A stretch of DNA of 64,000 nucleotides from Mobula hypostoma (lineage: Eukaryota), in contig NC_086097.1 in the NCBI RefSeq assembly GCF_963921235.1, forward strand, positions 107,510,001-107,574,000, written 5' to 3'. Both the position numbers and the translations under genes were made by a program. The notes below the pieces were generated by a model. That model saw only the letters and a list, made by a program, of their open reading frames with translations. It was not told the origin of the DNA and searched no databases. This document shows, piece after piece, positions 62,201-64,000 of the stretch (position 1 is the stretch's first letter; every line of letters begins with the position of its first letter).

Positions 62201-63496
62201 GTCCCCTTCGGGTTCAGGTGTAACCTGTCCTTTTTGAACAGGTCATACTTCCCCCAGAAGAGATCCCAATTATCTAAGAATCTGAAGCCCTGCCCCCTAC
62301 ACCAGTCTCTCAGCCATGCATTCATCTGCCTGATCCGACTACTCTTGCCCTCGCTAGCACGTGGCACAGGTAGCAATCCCGAGATTACTACCCTGGAGGT
62401 CCTGCTTCTCAGCTTCCTTCCTAACTCCTGGAAATCTCTCTTCAGGACCTCCTCCTTTGTCCTATCTATGTCATTGGTACCAACATGTACCAAGACAACT
62501 GGCTGCTCACCGTCCCCCTTTAGAATATTAAGGACCCGATCCGAGACATCCCGTACCCTGGCACCTGGGAGGCAACACACCATGCGGGTATCTCTGTCAG
62601 GCTCACAGAATCTCCCATCTGTTCCCTTGACTATGGAATCCCCTACGACTACCGCATTTCTCTTCTCCCTCCTTCTCTCCTGCACAACAGCGCCAGGCTC
62701 AGTGCCAGAGACCCGGTCACCGTGGGCGTCCTCTGTCAGGTCATCCCCCTCAACAGCATCCAGAACAAGATATTTGTTGCTGAGGGGGACAGCCACAGGT
62801 CTGCTCTCCACTATCCGAGCATTTCCCTTCCCTCTCTTGACAGTGACCCAGTTTTCTGACTCCTGTAGCCTAGGGATGACTATCTCCCTGTAGCTCCTGT
62901 CTATCACCTCTTCACTTTCCCTGATAAGCAGTAGGTCATCAAGCTGCAGTTCCAGATCCCTAACACGGTCTCTGAGGAGCTGCATCTCGGTGCACCTGGC
63001 GCAGATGTGGCCATCAGGGAGGCTGGAGGTCTCCCAGGATTCCCACATCTGACACCCTGAACAAAGCACTAACCCTGCAGGCATTCTACCTAATTCTACA
63101 GGAATGAAACAGGAAAAATAAGTCTACTCACCCACCTACCTCACCAAACGGACGAACTTTTAAAATCGTTAGCTTGTACTGTTAGCTGTGAGAGCCCTGC
63201 TGTTCCTGTCTGTCCGGGCCGATTCGCGAAAGGGGTGGGGGGGAGAAAAAAAGAGTTGATGCCACGCTGTCGCCTGTTCCTGTTTACCGCCGAAGCCCGT
63301 TGAAGCCAAAGCCCTACGCTCTGCTACCGCTCACTCCGCTGCCCGCTGTATAGGGTGGTCTCCTTTTTAAACTCTCCATGCGGTCCTGTTGACGTCATGC
63401 GCCTGCACAGTCTCGCCCTTCTTGCACTGGAAGAAGTTTTGAAAAAAACTGCCTTCCTTCAGAATTCAGCTCCCACGACGCTCTGTAGTCCCGATC
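59295..63496 (-). mobile_element. Near full-length CR1-type LINE, ORF2 frameshifted with an internal RT deletion near 60262
   Basis: GC-rich 5' UTR, ORF1, EN (LNARS, ITETW, GDFN), RT pieces; VVYLDF joins directly to LYINDL; 3' tail GGTCTTATGGTC. Confidence 0.95.
62167..63084 (-). CDS. CR1 ORF1: zinc finger/coiled coil + SGNH esterase (open, 305 aa)
   Basis: CSGCQMWE...HICARC; coiled coil; VVGDS, CLPGA, HVGTND and DRLH esterase blocks. Confidence 0.85.
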   Translation of the reverse strand: MPAGLVLCSGCQMWESWETSSLPDGHICARCTEMQLLRDRVRDLELQLDDLLLIRESEEVIDRSYREIVIPRLQESENWVTVKRGKGNARIVESRPVAVPLSNKYLVLDAVEGDDLTEDAHGDRVSGTEPGAVVQERRREKRNAVVVGDSIVKGTDGRFCEPDRDTRMVCCLPGARVRDVSDRVLNILKGDGEQPVVLVHVGTNDIDRTKEEVLKRDFQELGRKLRSRTSRVVISGLLPVPRASEGKSSRIRQMNAWLRDWCRGQGFRFLDNWDLFWGKYDLFKKDRLHLNPKGTNILAGKFNSC

Positions 63497-64000
63497 CAAA
63501 AGCAAAGGAGAGGGCATATAAGGAAGCAGAAATTAGTGGGAAGACAGAGGATTGGGAAGTTTTTAAAAGCTTACAAAAGGAAACTAAGAAGGTCATTAAC
63601 AGGGAAAAGATTAACTATGAAAGGAAGCTAGCAAATAATATCAAAGAGGATATTAAAAGCTTTTTCAAGTATATAAAGGGTAAAAGACAGGTGAGAGTAG
63701 ATATAGGACCAATAGATAATTATGCTGGAGAAGTTGTAATAGGAGATAAGGAGATGGCGGAGGAACTGAATGAGTATTTTTCATCAGTCTTCACTGAGGA
63801 AGACATCGGCAGTATACCGGACACTCAATGGTGGCAGGGAAGAGAAGTGTGCGCAGTCACAATTACGACATAGAAAGTCTCAGGAAGCTGAATAGTCTAA
63901 AGGTAGATAAATCTCCTGGACCAGATGGAATGCACCCTCGTGTTCTGAAGGAAGTAGCTGTGGAGATTGCAGAGGCATTAGTGATGATCTTTCAAAAGTC
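63497..64000 (+). mobile_element. CR1 ORF2, right half of the split copy (continues past the window end)
   Basis: KAKERAYKEA... resumes where 59294 stopped; KSPGPDGMHPRVLKE near the end. Confidence 0.9.

Noticed and set aside
62198..62893. Long antisense ORFs over LINEs (also 10468-11124, 50211-50708)
   Set aside because: Shadow frames of CR1 coding sequence with no independent motifs.

Overview
Eukaryotic (vertebrate) DNA made almost entirely of nested transposable elements. The repeat mix suggests a cartilaginous fish (shark or ray), which is an inference. I see no intact host exon. Contents: several CR1-type LINEs (two near full length, with SGNH-esterase ORF1), two Gmr1-like Gypsy LTR elements (integrase before RT), Penelope-like remnants with minimal hammerhead ribozyme motifs, Rex1-like and HERO-like non-LTR fragments, an env-less ERV remnant, and Tc1, Tigger, hAT-MITE and probable Chapaev3 DNA-transposon relics. 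There is also a 3.9 kb C-rich minisatellite whose ORFs are spurious. Most notable is a short Gypsy provirus (32794-36399) with both LTRs, PBS, PPT and TSD, in which RT/RNaseH/integrase are replaced by an intronless copy of the host SUDS3 mRNA. SUDS3 is in the same reading frame as gag-protease, resembling a gag-onc style transduction of a SIN3-HDAC corepressor subunit, now pseudogenised. Second is a fragment closely matching the salmonid Sleeping Beauty-type Tc1 element. Family names come from recalled motifs, not database searches.
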